Source of the DNA: Epithemia pelagica
Taxonomy: Eukaryota; Protista; Bacillariophyta
DNA: 64,000 nucleotides
Reading direction: 5' to 3'
Assembly (NCBI GenBank): GCA_946965045.2
Contig: OX337232.1
Span: forward strand, 2,790,001 to 2,854,000
Part shown: one piece after another, positions 43,001-52,323 of the stretch
Position numbering within the stretch: the first letter of the stretch is position 1
Layout of the letters: the number at the start of each line of letters is the position of its first letter
Program-made: the position numbers and the translations under genes
Notes under the pieces: generated by a model
What the model was told of the DNA's origin: nothing
Database searches by the model: none
The model's input: the letters and a program-made list of their open reading frames with translations, nothing else

Positions 43001-43856
43001 TTGCTGCGTGTTGAGCAGACTTCAGTCTGTTCGGGGGCAGTTGTGTCGTCGTTTGTGGTTGTTGGTGGTGTCTTGACGGTTTCTTTGGTTTGTTTCTGTT
43101 GGTGTGCCGGTGGTTGGTCGGCAGTGGTTGTGGGTTCCAGGTCATTTCGTGTAATTCTTTGATCCGGCCATTCTTGAAGAGGCTTACTCGTGTGCGGAGG
43201 GCGTCGGAGTGTGTCCTGTGTACGGTTCCTTTGATAGGTGCGAGTAACAGGGGTTCAAGCAGCACCAGAAGTTTCCAAAACGGGGTGCTGTCATTGTTCC
43301 ATGCTGGTGGTTGGTCGTCGCGGAGGACAGAGGGGTGTAGTTCCGGGGTGGATTCCAGTACCCATGAAACGACGGTGTTGTAACAGACGAAAAACTCTCG
43401 ACGCAGTGGGTGCTTGAGTTTGTGCCAAGTGGTGCGGCGAAAGGGTGGTGGCTGGGGTTGGAGTTGGTGTAGCCAGGCTATGCTCTCTTTCCAGTGTGCT
43501 TGTGCCTGTGGGGATAGATGTCGGTAGGTGGTTGTAACTAGGTCGATGTTTGTTTTTTTCCTACTATGTTTTGTTGTTATATGTTGTTTGAGGTGCCTTG
43601 GTGTGGTGTAGATGGTGCTGGGAGTGTCGCAGTGGCGGCAAATGTGGAAACTGTGAGTTGTGCAGTATTCAGGGGTCATGTAGTCGGTTGGTGACGTTTC
43701 TTTGTGTTGGGTGATGAGGTGCTCTTTAAGAGCCGCCTGTGGTTTTCTGTTGATTGTTGGCACCTGCCAGTTGCAGTTGGGGACTGGGCAGTGCCGTATT
43801 CGTTGTGCCTGCCTACTCATTTGGCTCCTTGGCCCATGTATCATGCGGGACCACAT
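40029..43856 (-). CDS. Retrotransposon ORF2: zinc fingers, reverse transcriptase, CCHC and restriction-like endonuclease
   Basis: N-terminal C2H2-like fingers. RT motifs LRPIGIG..LRRL, QY.IQTPGG, LDLCNMFN, GFPQGCPLSP and IMDD. CRC...D..GDHLFHC, RPADV, AIDVT and PFTVDHLG are characteristic of the CRE clade. Confidence 0.93.
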   Translation of the reverse strand: MWSRMIHGPRSQMSRQAQRIRHCPVPNCNWQVPTINRKPQAALKEHLITQHKETSPTDYMTPEYCTTHSFHICRHCDTPSTIYTTPRHLKQHITTKHSRKKTNIDLVTTTYRHLSPQAQAHWKESIAWLHQLQPQPPPFRRTTWHKLKHPLRREFFVCYNTVVSWVLESTPELHPSVLRDDQPPAWNNDSTPFWKLLVLLEPLLLAPIKGTVHRTHSDALRTRVSLFKNGRIKELHEMTWNPQPLPTNHRHTNRNKPKKPSRHHQQPQTTTQLPPNRLKSAQHAANVGNYTTAYKRLMSHMPTAKLTPPRIARIQEELFPKRRNPPPGTRATGTVQSPPPARQHLQLTKDLFELSLRQMKPGTASGPYATCTDALVSMALHKTANTPDATRPYFSNLMALTQLIVTGQIPTTIQTLLAGNYFLALHKDLTNLEKLRPIGIGIALRRLAAKTALVHMTDAVRPILLKGGQYRIQTPGGVDFVAQTTTAAVHKYIHRDNEDNLPSRSLLLLDLCNMFNNTSRTAAREILINDPATAPLVPFYDLLTGKPCQSWFFDANHNPDYFLQEEGFPQGCPLSPLFSCLLLLALTNRINKEQAARAAARTANGDNYDDGKGGIAHTASIMDDTSICLPHPDIDWFIQRFQQLGEPMGIQLNGTKTKILTSTTQVSPKDRLPVHHQQCLQQALTLLCPANPNTPELTSGTRFLGQPIGSAQFALQFLRERLQTMETNLDKLNQLDDLQTRSSLFRYSFIPAILHLLPADIVQANPPANQRSTLWTSPITATTNRLIGKFVSTLASCVETDVTEQTTTIASLPNRLGGLGYHNAAAAAYPRLITQTARAIKLALSKSSPVPTHHQQQYINWEHSEDPAITAYRKGLSLFNAEYADQTLHDPDRFDHTTHNRQLNHVFKEHVIPRLIELTDPTQRAFLPSLLSPLTSMALHLPRPAERFRLDNPIFRTAIRRKLRLPLLHTQTNSRCRCSKTLDRTGDHLFHCNQASKTALSNAVRDTLFDILRHAAPAAKAVDSLHDVHLEPPGLAPQHSRNIRPADVGMLLTQPHQNDPFRYVAIDVTIPPPQTPTPLPDPSDHKFIAQVASRTHHEAARAKYCRDPDTATHLLQNGIYLIPFTVDHLGSLGHFANRLLFNHDHPLPFSTAEPPDWTDPHFGKSAARSNRHPAAYALYQNVEHAPDNILSRANKDTKLHYPEANIYTIAHYAKASLAHTIVSSLAIHANNQIAANRAHTSAQRSRTTQLANLARPNFAPVTPIYSPRPVRLSSE

Positions 43857-46800
43857 GGCCGGTGCGGGTGCCGGCGATGGTGGGAGGACCCGTCTCTACC
43901 AACGACTGGGCGTACTCCCACGCATCTTGCGCGTCTGTGTCCGTTGCAAAGGACCTTGTGTTTTCCAGATACCTCCTGATTTCTGGGAGGCGGGATGGGT
44001 TGTTTTCTCGGACGTACGAGAATATCATTGCGATTTCATCACCGGTCGGGGCGGATTGTCCGTTGTGGTGGTCGTCCTCTGGTGTAAGCAACGAGTGGGA
44101 GTGGTTGTCCCATTCGTCGGCGTCAGCCATCTCCTCGTCTTCGTCGTTGGAGTTGCGGCTTTGGTTGTGGTTGCTTTCGACGTTGTCGTCGTCGGACAGT
44201 TCGTCGGCCAAGTCGTCATATTGGTTTGCTCGTTTTTTGGCTTTTGGTTTTCCGTCGTCTGGGTGTGTTGGGTTCTGCAACTGTGGGGATTTGGCTATAA
44301 CAGTCTGCCAATCGGTACCGTCGTCGTATGGGTCCGATTTCTCGCTGTGGTCGCTGGAGTCGTGGTTTGGTGCTGCTCGTTTTGTTGGTGGTGGTGTTCC
44401 CGGGGGGCTTGCGCGATTTGTTTTTCCGCGGTTGGTAGGTTTCCGACGTAAGAGTCGGTCGGTGAACTCGAGAAGGCGTGAAGTGTGGCTCGACGGCGTT
44501 GAGTTGCCTTGTTGTTGGGTGGTGGACTCTGGGGAGGGGGGAGTCGCGGCAATTGCGGCCAGCGAAGGGAGAAGTATGTTGGTTGGGAATCCATTGTGCT
44601 GCCGAATGGTCGTTCCGTTCAGGTGGTGTGTGTCGGGAGTACGACGCAGATACAATGTGTACGCTTGGGGGGAGGGGTCTTCGTTGCAGAACTCAGGGAA
44701 GAGTGCAACGAATTCTTCCATGTCCTTAAGTTGTGCCCACTCGTCATCCGTTGCCTCGTGGTTGATGTGCCTAAGTTTTATTTTGATGCATGCGCCAAAA
44801 TATTGGTCGACATCCTTGAGTGCTTCCAGTGTTGTTGTCCTGGTGGTTTGGTTCTTTGGCATTGGAAGAAGTTGGATCGTGTTGTCTGTCCATTCCATTT
44901 CCATTCCTCGGTTCGATGCCCGAAAGGCGTTGTAGGAACGAAGCAGGGCTTCGAAGTTGCTGCGTGAGGACGCTGCTAGGTAGATGACTTGGACCTGTCC
45001 ACGTTGTTTGGACTTTAGGTCGCCACTAAAGGTGCCCCCTCGACATCCAATATGGTCGAAGAAGTCGTCGCCTTGTAGTTTTTTCGGTAGGTGGGGGTAG
45101 AGGCATTCACGGATGGCGAGGGCCAGGTCCATAAAGCCGCGTCGGTGTTTTACCGCCATCGCTGGAACACCGACGATGATGCCGAACGTGTCGCTGGTGC
45201 GGTTGTTGCATGCTGGGACATAAACGTGAATCTGGTCGTACCGGGGGTTGACCGTGGGGTTTGACTGCGCCGTACCAGGGCGGAGAATGTATTGGTACCC
45301 GTATTCGTCGAAGAGGAAGTCGGACTGGTGGTGGCGATGCCAGAGTTGGAGGGCAAAACGTAGCCCTTGTTCGGTGAAGACTTCGGTGTCGAATTGGTCG
45401 TTGGCGGGGGCGGGCGACAGGGTCATGTGGAAGGTGGATGTGTGTCCTCCTCGGGGACGGTTGGGACTTTCGTTTTGGTTGCGCCCGGTGGGGCGTCCTG
45501 ATTGTTTTGTTTCGATGAAATCCATCGAATGCACTTGCAACCACATTGGGTCTTCTCGTTTATTGTGGTGTTGGAACACGTGGTTGAAGTGTTCAGTGAG
45601 TGACTCTTCCGTCAGGCGGGGGAGCGTGGCTTCCACCTGTGGATTGGGGTTGTGATTCACCGCCACATGAAGGTGAATCAAGATTGCCGGCTCTTGGGCT
45701 GGCGGTTTCTTCGTTTTCGGGGCTGGCGACTTGCGGTACGGATTGTGGATGGGGGTGGTGGTTTCGTTGTTCGGCTCGCTGTTGGTTGGCCCGTTGTGGT
45801 TTTCTTCGTCGTTGGGTTCGTCGGTGGGGGGTTGGTTGGTCTCGGTGGAGTCCTTGTTGTCTTCGCCCCCTGTATTGGCGGCGATGTTGTAGTGGGTGGC
45901 TGGGATTGGCTGGGTGTGGTTGCCGGCGGAGTCTTTGGCTTGGTGTTTGTCGTCTTTGTGGGTGTTGGTGTTGTCGTTGGATTGATTTTTGTCATTTTTA
46001 TGGTTGTTGGTGTTTTCGTTGGTTTGGTTTTTGTCGTTTTTCTGGTTGGTTTGATGGGAGAGTTCGGTGCCGGTGTTGGTGTGTTGGTTGCTGCCGTCGT
46101 GGTGTTTGTGGGTGTTCTTCTCTGGGGTGATGGTGGTGGCGTCGGTGAGGTGTTGCTGCTCGGCGGCGGGGGGTTCCATGGTCGGAGAATGGTTGCGCGA
46201 GGGCTTTCCGGACGACTTGTAGGTGGGAGATCTCTTGGTTGTCACCGCAGGGGCGAGTTTGTTGCCGCGGTGGGCAGGCGGACGGCCAAGGGTAGGCTTG
46301 GAGTGGACGTGCATGGTGCTGGTGGGCGGGTCGGAGGACTGGGGACTGCGGGAGCAGGCTGGTAACTTGGGAAAGACTGGGTTTTCCAAAGTTGTGCGCT
46401 TGGTTTGTCGTCTCTTGGAGTCATTTGGTCGGTCATTTCGTTGGTGGCTTGGTGTTGGTGTCGCTGGTCCGCGTGGCTGCAGCAGGCGGGTGTCTGTTTG
46501 GGTAGTGGTTGATCTTGTTGGTTTCTGAGCACTTGGTGGCGCTTGTTGGTTAGGGTTGCTTCCGGGGAGTGTTGGGATGGCGAAGTGTACCGTGTCCATG
46601 GTGTCGGCATTCGGTTTGTCTGCCTTTTGGGTGGTGTGTTGGCCCGTGGCCTCGGTGTTTTGTTGTTCTGTGGTTTTCGGCGTGTGGACGAATTCGTGTT
46701 GGTCCGAGTGACCGTTCTGTCGTTTGGGCCTTTTGGGCCCGGCTGCGGCTGGTTGGGTTCTTTGGCCATGGGCCGGGTTGCCGTTCGGTGGTAGTTGGTT

Positions 46801-47136
46801 TTGTTTGGTTTTTCGCAGACGAGGTAGAAGTTCCATGACGAGTGGAAGAGTCGCCTTGCTTGCCCAGGCTGTCTCGGGACATGTGGGTTCGGTTTGGGGG
46901 ATTGATCGGCATTTCGGTCGTGGTTGAACCATAGGTCGTGCAGTTTGAGCCGAGTTTGACCATGGCGGGTCCGCGGGGCGCGCCGTTTGCGGCGCGGCCG
47001 TCATCCGCGGCAGGTTTAGGCAGGAAAGGGGCGGCGCAGTCTCGGCAAGGCGTTGATGTCGGCCCCAGAGTAGTTCACAGGATGGTTTCTTTGTTGTGTT
47101 CGGTTCAAAGTTCGGTTTTTTTTTTATTTTCCCCAA
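43813..47136 (-). CDS. Retrotransposon ORF1 (1107 aa; disordered termini, central globular region)
   Basis: Uninterrupted ORF upstream of ORF2 and overlapping it by 44 nt. The true start may be a downstream ATG. Confidence 0.8.
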   Translation of the reverse strand: MGKIKKKPNFEPNTTKKPSCELLWGRHQRLAETAPPLSCLNLPRMTAAPQTARPADPPWSNSAQTARPMVQPRPKCRSIPQTEPTCPETAWASKATLPLVMELLPRLRKTKQNQLPPNGNPAHGQRTQPAAAGPKRPKRQNGHSDQHEFVHTPKTTEQQNTEATGQHTTQKADKPNADTMDTVHFAIPTLPGSNPNQQAPPSAQKPTRSTTTQTDTRLLQPRGPATPTPSHQRNDRPNDSKRRQTKRTTLENPVFPKLPACSRSPQSSDPPTSTMHVHSKPTLGRPPAHRGNKLAPAVTTKRSPTYKSSGKPSRNHSPTMEPPAAEQQHLTDATTITPEKNTHKHHDGSNQHTNTGTELSHQTNQKNDKNQTNENTNNHKNDKNQSNDNTNTHKDDKHQAKDSAGNHTQPIPATHYNIAANTGGEDNKDSTETNQPPTDEPNDEENHNGPTNSEPNNETTTPIHNPYRKSPAPKTKKPPAQEPAILIHLHVAVNHNPNPQVEATLPRLTEESLTEHFNHVFQHHNKREDPMWLQVHSMDFIETKQSGRPTGRNQNESPNRPRGGHTSTFHMTLSPAPANDQFDTEVFTEQGLRFALQLWHRHHQSDFLFDEYGYQYILRPGTAQSNPTVNPRYDQIHVYVPACNNRTSDTFGIIVGVPAMAVKHRRGFMDLALAIRECLYPHLPKKLQGDDFFDHIGCRGGTFSGDLKSKQRGQVQVIYLAASSRSNFEALLRSYNAFRASNRGMEMEWTDNTIQLLPMPKNQTTRTTTLEALKDVDQYFGACIKIKLRHINHEATDDEWAQLKDMEEFVALFPEFCNEDPSPQAYTLYLRRTPDTHHLNGTTIRQHNGFPTNILLPSLAAIAATPPSPESTTQQQGNSTPSSHTSRLLEFTDRLLRRKPTNRGKTNRASPPGTPPPTKRAAPNHDSSDHSEKSDPYDDGTDWQTVIAKSPQLQNPTHPDDGKPKAKKRANQYDDLADELSDDDNVESNHNQSRNSNDEDEEMADADEWDNHSHSLLTPEDDHHNGQSAPTGDEIAMIFSYVRENNPSRLPEIRRYLENTRSFATDTDAQDAWEYAQSLVETGPPTIAGTRTGHVVPHDTWAKEPNE

Positions 47137-47397
47137 GAACGGATGTGGGGCTTGGGGCTTGGGTTCCTGATTTAGTCTTGGTCTTGTTTTGGTCTTGATA
47201 CCGCTGGGAGTGATCCGGTCATCGACTCAAACGCGACCAAAAGGAGTGGTCGATGACGTCACCTTAGGCTCATTTTTTTGTCACAAGGAGATCTTCATTA
47301 GACAACTGCATCTTGAGTCTTGACGTTAAGATTTAAGGTACCAGGCACTATCTCTTCGTTGCTCCAAGGACCACCAGTAAGATACTAACAACGTACC

Positions 47398-48908
47398 ATG
47401 TGTGAGCAAGAGAGAACGAGGTTTCCGCCGGATTCCATGCCACACCGTTCGGCCACACCGACGGAACGTCCGGACTACACAAGGGACGAGGTGAGGAAAC
47501 ACAAGACAGTCTCGGATGCGTGGGTGATTTACCGAAACAAGGTTTACAACATTTCGGAATGGTACGAGCATCCAGGGGGTGCCGTCATTTTCTCCTGTTC
47601 CGGTCAAGACATTACCGATGTGTTTCCAGCCATGCATTCCCCTGCCGCGTATGCGCGGATGGAGCCCTTGTGCATTGGGAATCTCGTCGAATCCAATGCC
47701 GTGACAAAAGGAACCAAGGAACATCGACAAATGGAATTTGAAAAGGCCTATCGCAAGTTGCGAAGTGACTTGGTCGCCATGGGCTTGTTCAAGCCCTTGC
47801 GATGGTATTATGTGTACAAAATGGCATCCACCTTTGCCTTGGGAGTAGTGGCTGTCTACTGTATTCTCTTCTTTGAGTCAGCGTGGATACATGTATTGGG
47901 TGCCACACTACTGGGACTTTACTTTCAACAGAGTGCTTGGATCTCGCACTTTTTGCTGCATCATCAGGTATTTACCAATCGTCGGTATGCCGATTACTGG
48001 GCTTTGATATGGGCCAATGTCATGGAGGGATATTCCATGCAATGGTGGAAAAACAAACATGCCGAACATCACGCTGTTACCAACATGGAAGATTCCTCTC
48101 CGGGTGCGCAAGATGGAGACCCCGATTTGGATACCATGCCCGTCTTGGCATGGAGTCTCTATCAAATTAAATTGTACTTTGACTCGCTGGCCAAGGATAC
48201 AACGACAGGTTCAGAGAATGAGACAGGGCAGACTCCATCTCCGCTGATTCAATTTCTGATCAAACACCAAGCCTACACTTTCTTCTTCGTATTGCTACTG
48301 GCTCGATTGTCATGGATGAATGAATCCTTCAAGGTAGCTTTTGAACTGGGAGGCCCTACCAACAATATGGTCTTGGAGATTCAAAGAATGGGCCTTCGAT
48401 ATCCACGGCTGGAAAAGGTGGGTATTCTGGCCCATTATCTATGGACGGCGTGTGTGGCAAGTCATTTTGGACAATGGTCGCTCTGGTCACGGCCTGGTTG
48501 TATCTTGTCATGACGGCCACCTGTGGCTTTTTTCTGGCCGTCACCTTTGTGTTGGGACACAATGCCATGGGCTTGTATCCCGCAGGTGCCTCACAACGAC
48601 CCGACTTTTGTACTCTCCAAGCCAATACCTGTCGCCATGTCAATACCGGTCGTGGGTTGGAAAAAGTGTGGTGGGATTGGTTCAATGGAGCCTTTCAAAA
48701 TCATATTGATCATCATCTGTTCCCACTCATGCCTCGACCCAATCTCGCCCGGGCGCATCCCTACATTCAAAGTTTTTGTCAGGAATGGAATGTGCCCTAT
48801 CATGAAACAACCATGATGGGTGGGATTCGAGAAATTTTGCACCATTTGAATCAAGTGGCCGGAGATTTTGTCCTGGAGTTTGTTCAAGAGGGTCCCGGTA
48901 TGATGTAG
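47398..48908 (+). pseudogene. Cytochrome-b5-fused front-end (Delta6-like) fatty acid desaturase with a 1-nt frameshift (pseudogene or assembly error)
   Basis: b5 motif HPGG; His boxes HFLLHH, HAEHH and HIDHH. ORF 47398..48513 and ORF 48441..48908 join if one base is restored near 48484. Confidence 0.85.
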
Positions 48909-49485
48909 GGACGACGAGAAGGTGGGAGCAATCATGCTTCCAAAACGATAGAGATAGAAAGGATAGAAATGATGTCTAAAGAGGATTATTCATGGTTGCT
49001 ACCATGAGACGAGAGTGGAGCTACTCTTACTTAACTTACTTACTCCTACTCCTAGCTGGCTAGGCTTGCATTTGTGTTGGATAGAGGACATAGCAACCTG
49101 TGCTTCATAGGTACGTCAGACAGCGACGAGACCGTGCGAACTGCAGACTGCAGAACGAACTCCAACGCGACATTCGCATGTGTGTCTTCGGCATTCGACA
49201 ATCGGCATTCAGTGCCATCTTGTCTTCCATTCAAAAGACACGCCAAAGGTTGTCATTTCATCGATCATACTGATTGTCGACGACAAACAGATTGTGTTAG
49301 ATATCCCTATTGAAAAGTCGTATCATCTCGATCTGTGATACCTCTTTAATTTGCACCAAGACCACACATTTGAGCTTGCTCTCGTCACAGCGTGATTGTG
49401 GGCTGTTCACAGGCCCTTCTCATCTCATATTATTTTATACAAGAAAGAACTGTTGTTTCATCGAGTCAAAACTCAACTTACCAAG

Positions 49486-50991
49486 ATGGGTCTGCTTCAC
49501 TGGAGTACAAGGATTCTATTCATGTGGTTCACCTGTTCGGTGACCACCTTTGCCTTTGAACCAAGTCAGGTTGGAGTGTCTTGGAAGCACCGCTCTCGAA
49601 TGCAACAACAACCCCCTTTTCGTCCAATCTTCCAATCGGCAGGTCCTCTCTTGGCGTCCAACGACATGGATCACCTGGCTTCGGAATGGGTCAATCTAAA
49701 CAAAGACTCGGATTCGTCCGATCCGTCTCCACCACCACCGGGCCCAACGCAAATGACGAGGCATAATTTGGTCCGTCAATCGGCCAATCCCTTGAAGCGA
49801 GGTACCACGACGCAACGACGACAATTGGGTACGACCCCTCAACCTCGCTTGATTCGAGCTTCGGCGACGGCGACGGCAACGACTGGCGAGGGACCTCAAA
49901 TTGCAACGCGATGGGACAGTGTCACTCGCCGGAGTCTGGCAGCCGATACGGGGACACGACGCTTGGCCTTGAACGAAGTGTTGCATTTGACACCCAATTT
50001 GGATCATCTTCCCCAAAAACAATCCAGTCGTCCCATTGCGGCCGATACGGGAACACGACGCATGCCCCTCAATGAAGTCAAGCAAATTGCGACACGGTGG
50101 GACAGTGTGCCACAAAAACAAAGCATTCGTCCCATTGCGGCCGACACTGGAACACGACGAATGCCCCTCAATGAAGTCAAGCAAATTTCGACGCGATGGG
50201 ACAGTGTCCCTCAGAAACAACGTCAACGTCCCATTGCCGCCGATACCGGTACACGACGCATGCCCCTCAATGAAGTCAAGCAAGTGGCCACGAAATGGGA
50301 CAGCGTTCCTTGGAAAAGTAGTAGTTCGTCGGTGAAACCACGAAGTGTTGCCGCCGATACCGGAACACGTCGCATGCCCCTCAATGAAGTTCAACAGATT
50401 TCCACTCGTTGGGACAGTGTGCCCCGTCGTCGGTCCAGTGCCACCGACACGGGGACCCGCCGCATGGCCCTCAATGAAGTCCGTCCCTCCAAGGTTCCTG
50501 CGATTACCTCCCAAAGCCGCAAAGTGATTGAATCCCATTCGGTGAATGCTCTCACGGCCGTACCGGACATGTCACAAGCATTGTATGACAAACGGAACCA
50601 ACAGGTTGTCGCAGCCGCAGAAGAATCGGCCGCTCAATCTCGATGGGGATCCTTGGAAACCGACAAGGCCGCCCAAGTATTGACGGGTGGAACCAATGTG
50701 GGAGCAGCTGCGCCACCACCACAAGTGTCTGTACCGCCTCCTGTGGGACCTGGTCATTTGGTGGTGGAAGATTCCTCCCCACCACCTTCCACATCGACAA
50801 GTATGGATCAGTTGGCATTGGAATGGAGTGCCCTCAACAAGGACCACGATGCACCATCAACCGCCGCCACCCCTCCTCCTCCTCCTTCACCAGCGACTCC
50901 CCCTCCTCCGCCACCTCCGTCGGCTGGTGGAACCACAATGGAACAATTGGCCAAGGAATGGGGTGCCATGAACAAGGATTCCGACAACTAA
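49486..50991 (+). CDS. Predicted plastid-targeted, Arg-rich tandem-repeat protein
   Basis: ATG 49486 gives a signal peptide ending VTTFA followed by FEP (ASAFAP-like). Six ADTGTRRxxLNEV and five [RK]WDSV repeats (~33-aa unit); three M.QLA.EW..[LM]NKD-like motifs. Confidence 0.8.
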   Translation: MGLLHWSTRILFMWFTCSVTTFAFEPSQVGVSWKHRSRMQQQPPFRPIFQSAGPLLASNDMDHLASEWVNLNKDSDSSDPSPPPPGPTQMTRHNLVRQSANPLKRGTTTQRRQLGTTPQPRLIRASATATATTGEGPQIATRWDSVTRRSLAADTGTRRLALNEVLHLTPNLDHLPQKQSSRPIAADTGTRRMPLNEVKQIATRWDSVPQKQSIRPIAADTGTRRMPLNEVKQISTRWDSVPQKQRQRPIAADTGTRRMPLNEVKQVATKWDSVPWKSSSSSVKPRSVAADTGTRRMPLNEVQQISTRWDSVPRRRSSATDTGTRRMALNEVRPSKVPAITSQSRKVIESHSVNALTAVPDMSQALYDKRNQQVVAAAEESAAQSRWGSLETDKAAQVLTGGTNVGAAAPPPQVSVPPPVGPGHLVVEDSSPPPSTSTSMDQLALEWSALNKDHDAPSTAATPPPPPSPATPPPPPPPSAGGTTMEQLAKEWGAMNKDSDN

Positions 50992-51552
50992 GAAACGGGG
51001 AGATAGCTGAATGAGAGAGAACGAAGGAGTCCTTGTGTAATCCACATGTGTAAAAACAAAGAAAAAGAAAATGCGTTTTTTTTTGCAGAGAGGAGATGAT
51101 TCTACCGTCTCATGTTTGATTTGAGCTGTGCATGGTTTCTTGGGATGAGAGAATTCATGTAAGAAAACGAGAAGATGACGCGAGTTGTTTGGTTTCTTAT
51201 GTATCGTTCTGCATCGCATCTCTCACCTCTTGTATGCTCCCTGTATACACTCTCTAGGCATCCCCTCATTTCGTGTATTGCGCTGGTAGAAGACACCTCC
51301 GATCCTGTTCCATGATAGCTAGTATTGTGATGCCATAACTTGCGAAAAGAGGTATTAGGAGTGTTGAATTGTGTGATGGACAAACCTCTAGCTAGACGTA
51401 TTCATGGCTCCATTCGTTTAGTTTCGAGGAGAATGGGCATAATGACTACCCCTGCTATTTCATCCTCTTCGATCAATGACGTCAGTCACGGATACCATGG
51501 ATTCAGGACTGGATCTTTCGTGTCTTTCTCTTGTTTCTGTCGTGTCAACACC

Positions 51553-52323
51553 ATGACGAAACGACGGGCATCGACCGACTCAAGGAAAACAAGCATGCAG
51601 TACTCAGACAAGCTCACGAATGGTAACAGCCGTAGTTTGAGCCATACACTAGGTGGATTCGCCGGCCTTGTGGTTTTGTGTCTCTGTTTGACATGGTGTC
51701 AAACAGAGGCATTTCCTGTGCGTTGGACTTCAACAACAAGATCAGCAACTAGTGGTCCTATCCACCTGAAAAGTATTACTGGATTCCGGTCGTCTCTTCC
51801 ATCATCATCCATATTGTTCATGTCGTCGTCGTCCTTGCAAGAGCAACCCAGCAGTGATTTGGACGGTGAACCACAACATCCAGCCGTCGTCTCATGGCCT
51901 GACAAGTACAAGGAATGTGGAGGTCTGTTCGAGTACACACATCCAGACACCAAAGCGGCAACGACGACACCAACAGCAACATTGTCGCCTCAATTGACGG
52001 GTCCTCGTCCCTTGCATTCCGATTTTGTCGTGATTCGGGCCTCCCCCAAGGCCTTGGAGGATTTGGATGTGGAACATTGGCCCGTATGGACGACGGGAGA
52101 CAAACCCAAATGGGCCGTTGGCAACCGTGTCTCCGACAAAATCATGCCGTATGGAGAATTGAGCTTTGTTCTGCAAGGGTCCCTCGAAATACAACCCACG
52201 ACTGGGAACAAGGACGAACCGTCGGTATTGATTGAACCTGGACACTTGGTCACCTTCCCACCGGGGTTTCAAGCATCGTGGACCGTAAAGGAAGAACTGA
52301 CATGGAAATATTATCTCTATTGA
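51553..52323 (+). CDS. Cupin_3 (DUF861)-like protein with a predicted bipartite plastid presequence
   Basis: Hydrophobic segment GLVVLCLCLTWCQTEA followed by FP and a Ser/Thr/Arg-rich transit region. C-terminal WPVW..ELSFVLQG..IEPGHLVTFPPGFQASW.V.E..KYY cupin. Start is 51553 or 51595. Confidence 0.8.
   Translation: MTKRRASTDSRKTSMQYSDKLTNGNSRSLSHTLGGFAGLVVLCLCLTWCQTEAFPVRWTSTTRSATSGPIHLKSITGFRSSLPSSSILFMSSSSLQEQPSSDLDGEPQHPAVVSWPDKYKECGGLFEYTHPDTKAATTTPTATLSPQLTGPRPLHSDFVVIRASPKALEDLDVEHWPVWTTGDKPKWAVGNRVSDKIMPYGELSFVLQGSLEIQPTTGNKDEPSVLIEPGHLVTFPPGFQASWTVKEELTWKYYLY

Larger units (their letters stand above)
39986..47169 (-). mobile_element. CRE-clade (RLE/REL-type) non-LTR retrotransposon, two ORFs, apparently full-length
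   Basis: Contains ORF1 (43813..47136) and ORF2 (40029..43856), with strong A/C-rich sense-strand bias. Boundaries are estimated from composition and an imperfect flanking repeat. Confidence 0.85.

Noticed and set aside
43702-46794. Long plus-strand ORFs antisense to the retrotransposon (e.g. 43754..44935, 393 aa).
   Set aside because: The G/T-rich antisense strand is poor in stop codons, and the products are low-complexity with no motifs.
47218-47257. 9-bp stem hairpin GTCATCGAC...GTCGATGAC as a Helitron terminus.
   Set aside because: The stem is short with a long loop, and there is no matching partner end or CTRR/T-run context. Not supportable without other copies.
49897-50481. Regularly spaced DNA repeats resembling a CRISPR array.
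   Set aside because: The repeats vary at synonymous positions, keep one reading frame and have no unique spacers. They are coding repeats in a eukaryotic gene.
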